From NCBI GenBank assembly GCA_043228905.1, contig JBHGNT010000015.1, forward strand, positions 3,968,001 through 4,032,000: DNA of 64,000 nucleotides. Reading direction: 5' to 3'. Below are positions 48,001-58,496 of this stretch, piece after piece. Position numbers and translations under genes: made by a program. Every line of letters starts with the position of its first letter. Position 1 is the stretch's first letter. The notes under the pieces are model-generated. The model searched no databases. It had not been told where the DNA came from and saw only the letters and a program-made list of their open reading frames with translations. This stretch comes from Azolla caroliniana. Taxonomy: Eukaryota > Plantae > Polypodiophyta.

Positions 48001-48663
48001 TCCCCATTTTTCGCTTATACCGGTTTCCATCCTCGCTGGTCGGTGATCGACACTCCGGAGCTACCTACCAACCCTCGTGCCGAGGATCATTTGGAGAGGC
48101 TACGCAAGATCCAGATGGATCTCTCTACTCACCTTCGTCATGCTCAACACACACAGAAGACTTATGCGGATCGTCATCGGATTCCCTCCTCTTTTGCCAT
48201 CGGAGATCGAGTATGGCTCTTACGTCGTCACATCAAGACTACTCGACCGTGCGACAAGTTGGATTATCGACGACTCGGTCCTTTCCGTATTACGGGGAAG
48301 ATTAATGATGTCACCTTCCGCCTTGATCTCCCTCCGCAGCTTCAGATACATCCGGTTTTCCATTGTTCTCTTCTTGAACCTTATAAAGCAAACACCATTC
48401 CCGATCGTGTGACACCACCGCCGCCCCCACTGGAGTTGGACGCCGGCCCGGAGTATGAAGTTGCTGCCATCCTCGATTCCAAACTTGTTCGCAACAAACT
48501 CTATTACTTGGTCGATTGGCTCGGTTATAGTCCGAGCGAACGTACTTGGGAACCCGTCGAGAATGTTGCCAATGCACAAGATCTTCTTGCTGATTTCCAC
48601 CGAAAGTATCCGGACAAACCCGGTCCGCAAGTAGCGCTGACTCGTTCCACTCGTCGTCTTTAA
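45082..48663 (+). CDS. pol: Pol polyprotein (protease-RT-RNase H-integrase-chromodomain) in the -1 frame relative to gag
   Basis: [30 protein letters not shown] and DDE integrase, GPF motif, chromodomain EYEV..ILD...YLVDWLGY...TWEP. The annotated TTG start is probably not used; a frameshift at 45082-45088 is predicted. Confidence 0.95.
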   Translation, partial: VKRLSPAKIGAIWLDSNPRSVQPISGSISSKQISNVFLAQVIVSTKSTPPVPVLALLDSGANSCFMDRNFAQASQISLRKLPCPASVVVIDGRPIASGNIVEESEPIQVVLGSFVCIISFNIISSPEHPIVLGLPWLELHNPAIDWRTREVRYRPPQESTRRVSTISLHQLREEGPKDAMFLFSISVHPSSTIKKDSSVQLPAKYHPYADVFDKVKAGTLPHHRPYDCPIDLQPGTEPPWGPIYNLSPTELEVLRAYIEENLASGFIRHSKSPAGAPIFFVKKKDGSLRLVVDYRGLNKVTIRNRYALPLISSLLERVNGAKFFTKIDLRGAYNLVRIRPGDEWKTAFRTRYGHFEYTVMPFGLTNAPAVFQHMANDIFRDLLDICLIIYLDDLLIYSKTQEEHDSHVLLVLKRLRENGLYAKLEKCSFDCKQVEFLGYVISSKGIAMDPAKIQTVLEWQIPRSVRDVQCFLGFANFYRKFIQDYSKIILPLTQLTKKGQAFLWSIEADMAFRHLKKAFTSAPILAHVDTSKPFIMEADASDFALGSILSQQGDKEELHPVAFHSRKFDVAEINYEIHDKELLAIVDSFVQWRHFLEGSPHQVIVFSDHKNLAYFQNARVLNRRQARWAQFLTRFDFKITYRPGKQQGKADALSRRSYLAPRPGEATFDNQKQVILGPTRLHTTRIFHIPMDSRITDDIRATLKTDSFAQDILAHIDTSRASCSQSQQPGIDYRQFEYHDGLLFFKKRVYVPDCSCRLQIVQHCHDTHTAGHFGSTKTLELVQRSFWWPHMRRFVDDYVRTCDACCRAKMPRHHPYGLLEPLPIPSKPWQSICLDFITDLPVSKGFDAILTVVDRYTKMAHFVPCTKAITSEETAALVMREVFRHHGLPDSIISDRGPQFVSKFWQHLFKMLKVSCNLSSGYHPQTDGQAERTNQTLEQYLRCFLSYQQDDWAEILHFAEFAYNNAIHSSTRVSPFFAYTGFHPRWSVIDTPELPTNPRAEDHLERLRKIQMDLSTHLRHAQHTQKTYADRHRIPSSFAIGDRVWLLRRHIKTTRPCDKLDYRRLGPFRITGKINDVTFRLDLPPQLQIHPVFHCSLLEPYKANTIPDRVTPPPPPLELDAGPEYEVAAILDSKLVRNKLYYLVDWLGYSPSERTWEPVENVANAQDLLADFHRKYPDKPGPQVALTRSTRRL

Positions 48664-51600
48664 GGGGGAGATAGTGTCATGAGATGGCAAGACTCGAACC
48701 CATGACCTTATGGTATATGGGTCGAGCTCTTGACCATCTCACCATCTATTGTAATTCATAGAATATTATTTTCATTTATGTTTTATTATAAGAAAGTAAT
48801 GTATATTCCAGATTTCTCTGGAACATTCTAGAAGCTTCAGGATTATTCCTGAGAACACTATAAAAGAAGGCACTAAGCATTATGTTGAACCAAATTGGTT
48901 CAACACCAGTCTTAAGCCTCTTAGTCGATTTGTACTTATCTTTCATATAATATAAGAGCTGCTGTCATCATCCTATTTCCCTCTCTCTCTCTCCTCTTCT
49001 CACTTCCTCTCTCTCGGGAATCTTACGCAGTCCCATCCTCTTAGTACTAATAGTACTACTCTTCTTAGTACTACTTCCATCTCTGTTTTAGTACTATTCC
49101 TGACATCACCCCTATGATTTCCCAATCGAACTCCAAGATGGCACCCACCCACCATTTGGGCCCATCTATGGGCTATCTGGAACTTGAGGCCCTTCGCACA
49201 TATCTGGATGAAACCTCGCCAAGGGTTTCATTCAACCCTCCAAATCACCGACTGGAGCCCCATTCTTATTTGTCAAGAAGAAGGATGACTCATTACGCCT
49301 ATGTGTGGATTATCGGGGTCTCAACAAAATTACGATACATAATCATTACCCCTTGCCTTTAATTCCAACACTTCTTGACCGACTTCAAACCGGGCGTATC
49401 TTCTCCAAAATCGACCTTCGGGAAGCTTACAATCTAGTGCGTATCAAGCCAGGAGACAAGTGGAAAATGGCCTTCCGAACACGCTATGGACATTTCGAGT
49501 ACAAGGTGATGCCTTTTGGTCTCACCAATGCACCTGCGGTCTTTCAACACATGATGAACAATATATTTCGGGAGTATCTCGATCACTTAGTGGTGATCTA
49601 CCTTGACGACATTTTAGTTTTTTCTTCCAACATAGAGGAGCACAGCCGACACGTCTGATTTGTCATATCCAAACTTCGGGAACATGGACTTTACGCGAAA
49701 AGTGAGAAATGTGAATTCGATCGGACCTTTGTCGAATTCCTAGGCTACATGATTTCACCCTCCAGGATCACAATGGATGCACACAAGGTAGCGACAATCA
49801 CCGATTGGCCTGTCCCTACTTGGTTGAAAGAGGTACAATCATTTCTTGGTTTTGCAAATTTCTATCGACGATTTATCAATGGTTTTTCATCTTTAGTACA
49901 ACCTCTAATAATCCTTACAAGAAAAGATACTCCATTTCTTTGGACCTCTACGGCGCAACGTGCTTTTGATGCTCTCAAGGCAGCTTTTCTCACAACCCTA
50001 GTGTTGGTCCACCCCGACCCCACAAGGCCCTTCCAAGTCGAAACCGATGCCTCCGACTTTGCCATTGGAGCTGTCCTATCCCAACCAAACGACGAGGGCA
50101 CACTACATCCTGTTGCCTTCTACTCTTGGAAGTTTACTGCCCCGGAAATCAATTATCCAGTCTACGACAAGGAGCTAGCAACAATCATATCGGCCTTCAC
50201 CGAATGACGACCCTATTTGGCTGGGGCCCAACATCGCATCCAGGTGCTGAGCGACCAAAAAAATCTAATTTACTTCACCACCAATCATACATTAAATCGG
50301 AGGCAAACCCGATGGTCATATTTTCTCACCGACTACGACTTTGAGATCTTGTTTCGACCCGGCGTTCAATATGGGAAAGCTGATGCCCTCTCTCAGCGAC
50401 TTGATTTTGCATTGTGCCCAGGAGATGATGCATATTCACAACAATCCCATTGTTTGTTGCGGCCCGATCAACTTCAGATGTTCGCCACCTGCATGTTACA
50501 TGATGATTCTTTGCTCAACGAGATCGCCACGACAACCGTGTCAGACCCATTTGCCAAAGAAATCATGGGCCGCATTAATGACCCATCTCCGGACATGAAA
50601 AGTTCATATCTCAATCAATTTACAACTTGGGATGGGTTATTATATCGTAATAATCTCTTGTACATTCCCGAAGGATCATGTCGTACACAGGTTCTACAAA
50701 ACTGTCATGATGATCCTCTTGCCGGCCATTTTGGGGTTACGAAAACCCTGGAATTGCTATCTCGAGGGTTTTGGTGGCCCCAACCTTGGAAATTTTTCAA
50801 GGAATTTATCAAGACATGTGATGTATGTGCTCGGTCCAAAACACCTCACTGTCGACCATATAGTCTTCTCCACCTGCTCCCCATTCCACATCGACCATGG
50901 GTCTCTCTATCCATGGACTTTATCACCGACCTCCCTCTGGTTGGTGGACATGACACGATGCTGGTCATTGTCAATCAGTTTTCGAAGATGGCTCACTTTG
51001 TTCCATGTTCCAAAACCATTTCCGGGGAAGAGACCACTGATTTTTTCTTAAAAATGTTGTTCGATTACATGGCTTACCCGAGGATATCACCTATGATCGA
51101 GGTTCTCAGTTCATTTCCCACTTTTGGCGACGACTTCTACAAACATTCGGGACTTCTGTCAACTTTTCCTCAGCATACCATCCTCAAACTGATGGACAAA
51201 CGGCGTGGGTCAACCAAATCCTCGAACAATACCTTCGGTGTATTGTGAGCTACCAACAGGAGGATTGGGTGCACTTCCTTGTAATGGTGGAATTTGCTTA
51301 CAATAATAGTATCCATGCTTCGACTAAGGTTTCCTCCTTCTTTGCAAACTATGGATTTCACCCTGGTTTCAACATTTCCATACCTGCAACTTCGGTCAAT
51401 CCTTCGGCAGAGACGTGTGCCCACGCTTTACACGATGTCCATCTTGACCTCTCCTTGGATCTATGTGTTGCTCATGACCACTATAAAGATCAAGCGGACC
51501 GACATCGCTTAGTTGCACCGATGTTTGCAATCGGGGACATGGCTTGGCTATTACGTCGTCACGTCGCCACCACATGTCCTTGTGCAAAATTGGACTACAA

Positions 51601-54600
51601 AAGACTAGGCCCCTTTCGTATCATCGAGCGGATCAACCCAATCGCCTTCCGGTTAGCACTTCCTCTAACATTCAGGATTCACAATGTTTTTCATGTTTCC
51701 CTCCTCGAACTCTACCATCCTTCTCGAATTCCAGGACGACACCCTCCTCCACCACCACCTGTGGAATTGTCGACGAGCGAAGAATATGAGGTTGACCAAA
51801 TCCTCGATTCTCGATATCATCGTCGATAGCTCCGGTATTTGGTCTTATGGAAAGGTTACCCCATTTCGGATGCCACATGGGAAGCCATTCGTGATTTTCA
51901 TCAACGATACCCACATAAGCCAGATGTGCTCGTAAAGGAATCTGGCTGTGACGGCCGCCGTATTTTCACGTAGTGCCTTTGCTTCTACCCACTTGGTGCA
52001 ATAATCCGTGGCTACCAATATGTATTTATTGCCCATATGGGATGCCACCGGTGTGAAGGGCCCCACAAAATCCAATCCCCACTTTTGGAAGGGGTCTAGC
52101 GGTAATACAAGCTGGTGTGGCATCCTTGCTCCCTCCGCGGGCTGGCCCATCCATTGACACAAATCACACTTTCTACAATACTCGGATGCATCCTTATGCA
52201 CTGTTGGCCACCATAAGCCCGCATGCCATACTTTCCGGGCTGTAACGTCGCCCGCGTAATGGCCGCCTGCCGTGCCGTAGTGTGCCTCCCGTAAAACTGC
52301 TTCCTTCTCATTCTGACGTACCCCACATCACCAAATGCCGTCACTTCCTTTGTGATATAAAACGCCTTCGACGAGGCAGAAGTGACGGCTTCGGACGGCT
52401 AGTCGTTTCTTTTCGTCTGTGCGTAATTGTGGTGGAGGCAGTCCCGTAGACAAAAAGTACATCATTTCCATAAGCTACCGGTCCAGAAAGGTCCATTCCG
52501 TTCTTTTTGCTAGTGCTGCTACGCGCAGGATATCGGCGTCTGGAAAATCGTCGTCATTTTTCTATACTGTTTCTCCATTCTCGAGTCTGCTCAAAAAAAC
52601 CGCCACTGCATGTTGCGTCCCTGGTCGGTGCTGGATTACGAAATCGAATTCCTGGAGCAGCAACATCCACCACGCCAATTTCCCCATTAGGGCTTGTTTC
52701 TCCACTAAATACAGCAGCGTCGAATGATCCACGTGGAACGTGAATTTCCTTCCTAATAAATAATGCCGGAATTTATTGATGCTATAGATCATCCCTAGCG
52801 CCTCCCGCTCCGTTGTGGAATAGTTACGCTCTGTTGTTGATAATTTGCGACTAGCGTAGTATACTGGCCGGTACCAGTTTGGTTCGGTGCACTTCCTATT
52901 GCTATGTCTGAGGCGTCGACGAACACGTGGAATGGCTTCACCCAAACTGGTGGTTGTACGACGGGGGCCTGTGTGAGGATTATCTTAAGTGCCTCATAGG
53001 CCTTATCCTCCACTGCAGTCCATTGGAAAGGAGTCTGATGTACGACAGCATGTAACAGCGTGGCGAAGTCCGCCAAATACCGTATCATCCGACTATGCCA
53101 CCGTATTTGTCCTAAAATCCGGCTGAGCGATTTGGCGTTTGTCGGAGTTTTGGCTTGCGTAATCACGGAGATCTTGTTCGGATCAACCGCTCTTCCCTCC
53201 TTGCTGACTATATGGCCCAGGAGAGTCCCGTTGGTCACGCCAAAAGCACATTTCGCGGGATTCAAGCTTAAACGTGTGGTGCGGCAACGTTCCAGGCACA
53301 GTTGTAAGTGCATAAAATGGTCTATTGTTCTCCCATATACCGCAAAGTCGTCTAAAAAAACTTGCATGAATGACGGAATGTATTCCCCAAAGATCTCCGT
53401 AATTGTCCGTTGAAATGTTGCCGGCACCGTCTTTAGCCCGAACATCATGACAACTGCCACATATACTCCCTAGTTCGTGACAAATGCCGTCTTTTCTTGG
53501 TTCTCAGGATGCATGCATACCTGGTTATAGCCATTGAAGCCATCTAAAAAATTGTACATCTCATGACCTGCGACGGTGTCCAGTACGCTATCGGTGAAGG
53601 GTAAGGGAAATGCGTCTGTAATGGTTACGACGTTTAATTTTCGGTAATCTACGCATACATGTATTTTTCCGTTTTTCTTTGGAACGACCACTATCGGGCT
53701 TAACCATGTCGCTTGTTTAAGTGGTCGTATGAACCCCGCCTTCAGGAGCTTGTCAATTTCTTCTTTCACGCGGATCGCGTAGTTCGGGTTCATGCGGTAG
53801 TGGCGCTGCTGGACGAGTTTCGCGTCGGTTGCTAAATTGATCTTATGATGATAGAACTTGGGATCTAACTCCTTCATGTCCTCGTGAGCCCAAGCGAACA
53901 CATCCTTATATTCCGTGAGTATTGCGATCATCGTGTTTTGTTGGTCCGGCCTTAATTCCTTTGCGATGGAGAGGAAACAAGGCTCTGATTCCGTACCCAC
54001 ATTTACTTCTTCCAGGGCGGAAGCGGTGACTCATCGTGAAATCTCCATTTCCCTTTCAAATGCCGCCCGTGCTCTGCTGAGTTCCAATATGGACTCTGGG
54101 TTTGGTTCGTAAGCCTCGTCGTGGAGCACAGTGGCTGTGGCATATCCTGCCGCGGTTGCGATGACATCGATTTTGAACAATGGAATGATCCATGGGTGCT
54201 CATCTAGCTATGCCTCTAATTATGCATCCTCCACCCCAGCCAACATATTTATATCTTCTGCGTATAATGGTGTTATACCCTTGGGTTGTGGCTTGCTTCC
54301 TTCCGTAGGTACGCGAACCTTGGTGCGTCTGTGTCGGAAACTGATACACTTGTGTTGCCAGCTCTGCTTGATATTTGCTGCCCGAAGCCATGGTCTGCCC
54401 AGAAGCACTAGGTACGCCCCTGGCGCGTCCAAAGCGAGGACGACGGCCGAGATGTCGAAGTGGTGTCCGCCCACGATAATGCCTATTTTGCGAATTAACC
54501 CTAATGGTCGTACTGAGCAGGTATCTGCCATTCGGAGCCAGAATGGGCAAGCCTCCCATTCTAAAATGCCTAACTGCTCACAAGTTTTCACTCTAATTAC

Positions 54601-57368
54601 ATTGACGCCCGAGCCGCCGTCAATTACGCATCCAGGAATTTCCTGTCCGTGTAATATTAATGTAATAGCCAGGTTGTGCTGATCCACTACCAGCGGTCCG
54701 TCGCTAACCTCTGTAAGGTTTGTAGTGACACTCACCCCAGGTATGCCTATCACCCGTTCTTCCATGGTTTGGCGGAAGCGTGGGACTAGCTGCAACAGTT
54801 TCTCCATGGTTAACGTTATCTCACAGCCCGCTAACGCCTACCAAATGGGGTCTAGGACCGGTCTTTCGTCCTCTGCTCGCTCCATTGTGTTCGCGGACTC
54901 CTTCCGCATGCGTTCCGTATTTGTCGCGTTTTCTTTTTCCACCCATGCTTGGGCTTGTCGGCGCATCTCATCTTGTGCAGCCCAATCAACCGTTTTTCTT
55001 TGCTGGCGTGTCGTGACTTGCTGCAATTCCACCGTAATCGTATTGACAACGGGCCCCTTTCCCTTGCATGCTGGGCATTGCGTGGCATAATGTTCGGGCT
55101 GCTGACAAATAAAACAATGGATGCTTGATTCACCTTTCTCGGCTCTTGGTGGTGTGTGCCGCTCCCCTGGTGCTACTTGCTCCTTGCAGTCCGGGCCTCG
55201 TTTTTCGGAACGTATGCGGTGGTTGCTGTTGGTCTCGTTGTTGTTCCTGGTGTCGCTCATCTCCCGAGCTTTTGTCCTAACGCCGGTGATCTCGATATTT
55301 CCGTGGCTTACCACGATAACCATTGAAGCCGCCTCATTTGTTTGTCGGCCGGTGATTCTCGTAGCGCCGACCCCCTTTAGCATAACTCGGATGTCCACGA
55401 TAATCCGCGTCCTCTGGTTCGTCCTTCTCGGAATCGTCGTGATTTTAGCGATTCCGGTGGTGCCGGTCATCCTGTGGGTTGCGATCCCTATACCGTGGTC
55501 GGTCTTCTTGACTCCTTTGTTTAGTCCGGTGTGGTGGACGTTGGGTGTCCATGCTGCGGACTGCGGGAGTGGCTCTGTTCAACATATTGTATTCGCATTG
55601 ATCGACTGTGTGAGCCCTCGAGTGGCAGATTGGGCAGTGGATTCGCATATTGCACTCCATTGCGGACTGCCCCGCGTTCAAGCAAATCGTGCACTGGATT
55701 GCTTGATGAAATTGGCGTTCCTCGTCCTGGGGTAACGCTTGTTATAAGGAGGACATAGAAAACCTTTCCTCCTCGTTGTCCAACTCGAGCTGTAACGCTC
55801 GTTCAATGACCATATCCGCCGTTTCCCCTTTCACACTATTGTTGTTGAGCGTTGCCCGGATGGGTCGGCGTAATGTTGCTAGAAATGTTTCTCGAGCCTC
55901 GTCCTCTGCGGGGCTCCGTTCTAGTTTCCGCCGTAAATTTTAGAAACGTAAGCTGAAGTCTGCTATCGTCTCGGTCGGCAGTTGCTTAATCGTGTAGAAC
56001 TATCCGAGGATTTCGCGTTATGGAACCCTCCAATGGAAGAACCGCAAGAAAGCGGATTGCAGTTGATCGAAGGTTGTTATTGCTGGTAAATCCATCTGTG
56101 AATGCCAAAATGCCGCTCGCCCATCCAATGTTAACCTGAACTCTGTCATTTTCGACTGGTGCGCTACCGCCTCCGAAAGGCTCTGTGCCATGTGGTTCGC
56201 ATTCCAGACATTAAGGAACATGCGAATATGAGTTGCGGCATCGGTTTCGCCGTTAAAGCGGGGGTAGACAAAGGCCATGCTAGGGGCGACGGCGGGTCGG
56301 GAAAGACCACAGGGTGGCTGTGGTGAGCGTAGTCTCCGCGTCTCGTCGAGGTATTGGGAGAGCGAAGAATCACCTTTGTAATCACGGCCGGTAGTACTGA
56401 GGTTGCTGAGGCAAGGCTTTTGCCATGCACGTTCTTCTGCCTGGCGTGTGACGGACCTTGTTATTAGCCGGTCTTGTCGTGTTGGTTCTCTGGGGCGTCT
56501 GCGGCTAAACATCCATTCGTCGTTGCTCGTCTGCGAGAAGACACAAATCACCAAGCGTGCCAAAAGTGTTGCCGATTAGGAACACAGTCCATGGTCAGTC
56601 CTTCAACCTAGACCTCCAAGTGGTTGTGGAACAACGAATAGGCATTTATGCATGATGTGTAGGGGAATGTTCCCTGTAACCTATCAGCATATAAGGGAGA
56701 CGGCTACAACCGACTCCTTAGCAAGGGTTACACTTGTCATGAAGACATACATCTTGGCTTATCATGACATTCATCTTGGCGAACCAGGAATCGAACCCAT
56801 AACCTCTTGGTTTACATATTGTACTTTAACCATTGTAATAACATATGTGAGATGTAATCATAATAATTATATGTTTAGTTATTACGAGATATTTAGAACA
56901 TTCTAGATTATTCTAGAATGTTCTTGAATATTTCATGATTATATTTATTATTATTATTATTCATAAATATCTAAAATATTCTAGAACATTCTAGAATACT
57001 CCATAAGGGCCTATAAATAAGAGTCCATACACTCATCACAACTCATTCGGTTCAACACCAGTCTTTAGCCCTTAGCCTACTCCTTGTAATCTTCTTTCTC
57101 ATAATATAATCTCATTCCCATTTCTTATCTCTCACTTATACTTTTCTCTCTCTCGCACTCTCTCCCTTTTTCACTCTCTTTTGCTATCACTATCGCTATC
57201 TCTACCGCTCTCGCCATCTCTATCGTTATCGTTATCTCTATCGCCATCGCTCTCTCTCTGCTTCCTACTCAAGAGTCACGACAGTTTGAACCGAATATTT
57301 CTTTTCCCTTTCTCCAATAACCCTAGCAAGCTTTCTTCTTTATCCTTCTTTCTTTTTTCCCCGCGGTT

Positions 57369-58496
57369 ATGGAGTCGGTCAGCAAGCAAGAGTATATGCG
57401 TGTCCTTTCGGAGCTCGATATGCTCACCACTAAGTTTGTGGCATTAGAGCAAGAAAATCAAAGGCTACTCAGGGATCTTCAACAAGTCAGTACTGAGAAA
57501 GCTCATCAATATGAGGAGTTATCACAACGGGTTCATCAACTTGAGGCTACTATATTAACATTACGAGAACAAGCGGCGGGGGTTCAAAACTCCCCAAGGG
57601 AACCAAAGATTAGCCTCCCTGCCAAGTTTGATGGTACCAGATCTCTCTTTCGAGGTTTCCTGAATCAAGTTCATTTGGTGATTCAGTTACATCCCAATCG
57701 GTATCCAACTGATGCTGCCCGTGTGGGATTAATAGGAACCTTGCTAAGCGGTACAGCGTTAGCATGGTTTGCACCACTTCTTGAGAAGAAATCACCATTA
57801 CTGGAGGATTTCGAGGCATTCGTTAAGGAGTTTCAAGCTAGTTTTGGAGATACGGATAGCACTAGGACTGCAATAAACAAGATTCGAAGACTCCGACAAG
57901 GAGATCGTCCCGCTTCAGCTTATGCCGCAGATTTCCGTCTCTTGGCATGCGACATCCCTTGGGATGAGGCAGCCTTAATGGATCAATTCCGTCAGGGTTT
58001 GCGTAACGATGTCAAAGATCTTCTTCTTACTTTCCATGAAGATCCAAAGTCTCTTACTGAAGCTATTAGCCGAGCTGTGCGATGTGATAATCGCCTATTT
58101 GAGCGACGTTCTGAACGTCAACAAATGTTACGCCGCCAACCGGAACAGACATACGCTTCTATAGTCGCCACACCGCCACAAGGTTCTAGACCCGTTACGA
58201 GGGATGGTCCCACTCCGATGGAAATAGAGTCGACACAACGTCGAGGGCCCTTATCAGATGCTGAGAAACAACGACGTCGGGCGCATCGCCTATGCCTCTA
58301 CTGTGGTGGTCCAGGACATATAGCTGTGAATTGTCCACATAAACCCAGGCGTCAAGTTTACCAAGTAAGTGCACATGACAACCCTACATCAAGTTCTACT
58401 ATCACTTCTAATAACTTAAGTACTAAGCCTAATAGCCCATGCCATGAGAATAGATTTGATGTCTTGAGCCAATTAGAGGATGTGTTAAACGAATAA
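57369..58496 (+). CDS. gag: Gag (375 aa) of element E
   Basis: Intact ORF, homologous to the 43937 gag, with [14 protein letters not shown]. Confidence 0.93.
   Translation: MESVSKQEYMRVLSELDMLTTKFVALEQENQRLLRDLQQVSTEKAHQYEELSQRVHQLEATILTLREQAAGVQNSPREPKISLPAKFDGTRSLFRGFLNQVHLVIQLHPNRYPTDAARVGLIGTLLSGTALAWFAPLLEKKSPLLEDFEAFVKEFQASFGDTDSTRTAINKIRRLRQGDRPASAYAADFRLLACDIPWDEAALMDQFRQGLRNDVKDLLLTFHEDPKSLTEAISRAVRCDNRLFERRSERQQMLRRQPEQTYASIVATPPQGSRPVTRDGPTPMEIESTQRRGPLSDAEKQRRRAHRLCLYCGGPGHIAVNCPHKPRRQVYQVSAHDNPTSSSTITSNNLSTKPNSPCHENRFDVLSQLEDVLNE

Larger units (their letters stand above)
43437..49105 (+). mobile_element. Intact full-length Ty3/Gypsy chromovirus (Tcn1-like, element C), 5669 bp
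   Basis: 431-bp LTRs at 43437-43867 and 48675-49105 (TG...CA), with one difference seen (43797 G / 49035 A). TSD TCACC on both sides; PPT AAGGGGGAGATAG; uninterrupted gag and pol. Confidence 0.97.
41209..51923 (+). mobile_element. Degenerate Tcn1-like chromovirus (element B): 5' LTR 41209-41647, gag from 41675, pol split by element C, 3' LTR missing
   Basis: gag, protease (ALLDFGASTCFM), RT (YLDDILVFS), RNase H, integrase and chromodomain, all with stops or frameshifts. pol reads LPAHH|PYD across the 43437-49105 insertion. Confidence 0.9.

Noticed and set aside
55121-55735. Hydrophobic 204-aa plus-strand ORF resembling an env or membrane protein
   Set aside because: It is the antisense reading of the R/N/D-rich gag of element D; the hydrophobicity follows from codon complementarity.
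57181-57447. SL-repeat ORFs here and at 62613-62810
   Set aside because: Translation of CT/ATCGCT simple repeats in the element E LTR.
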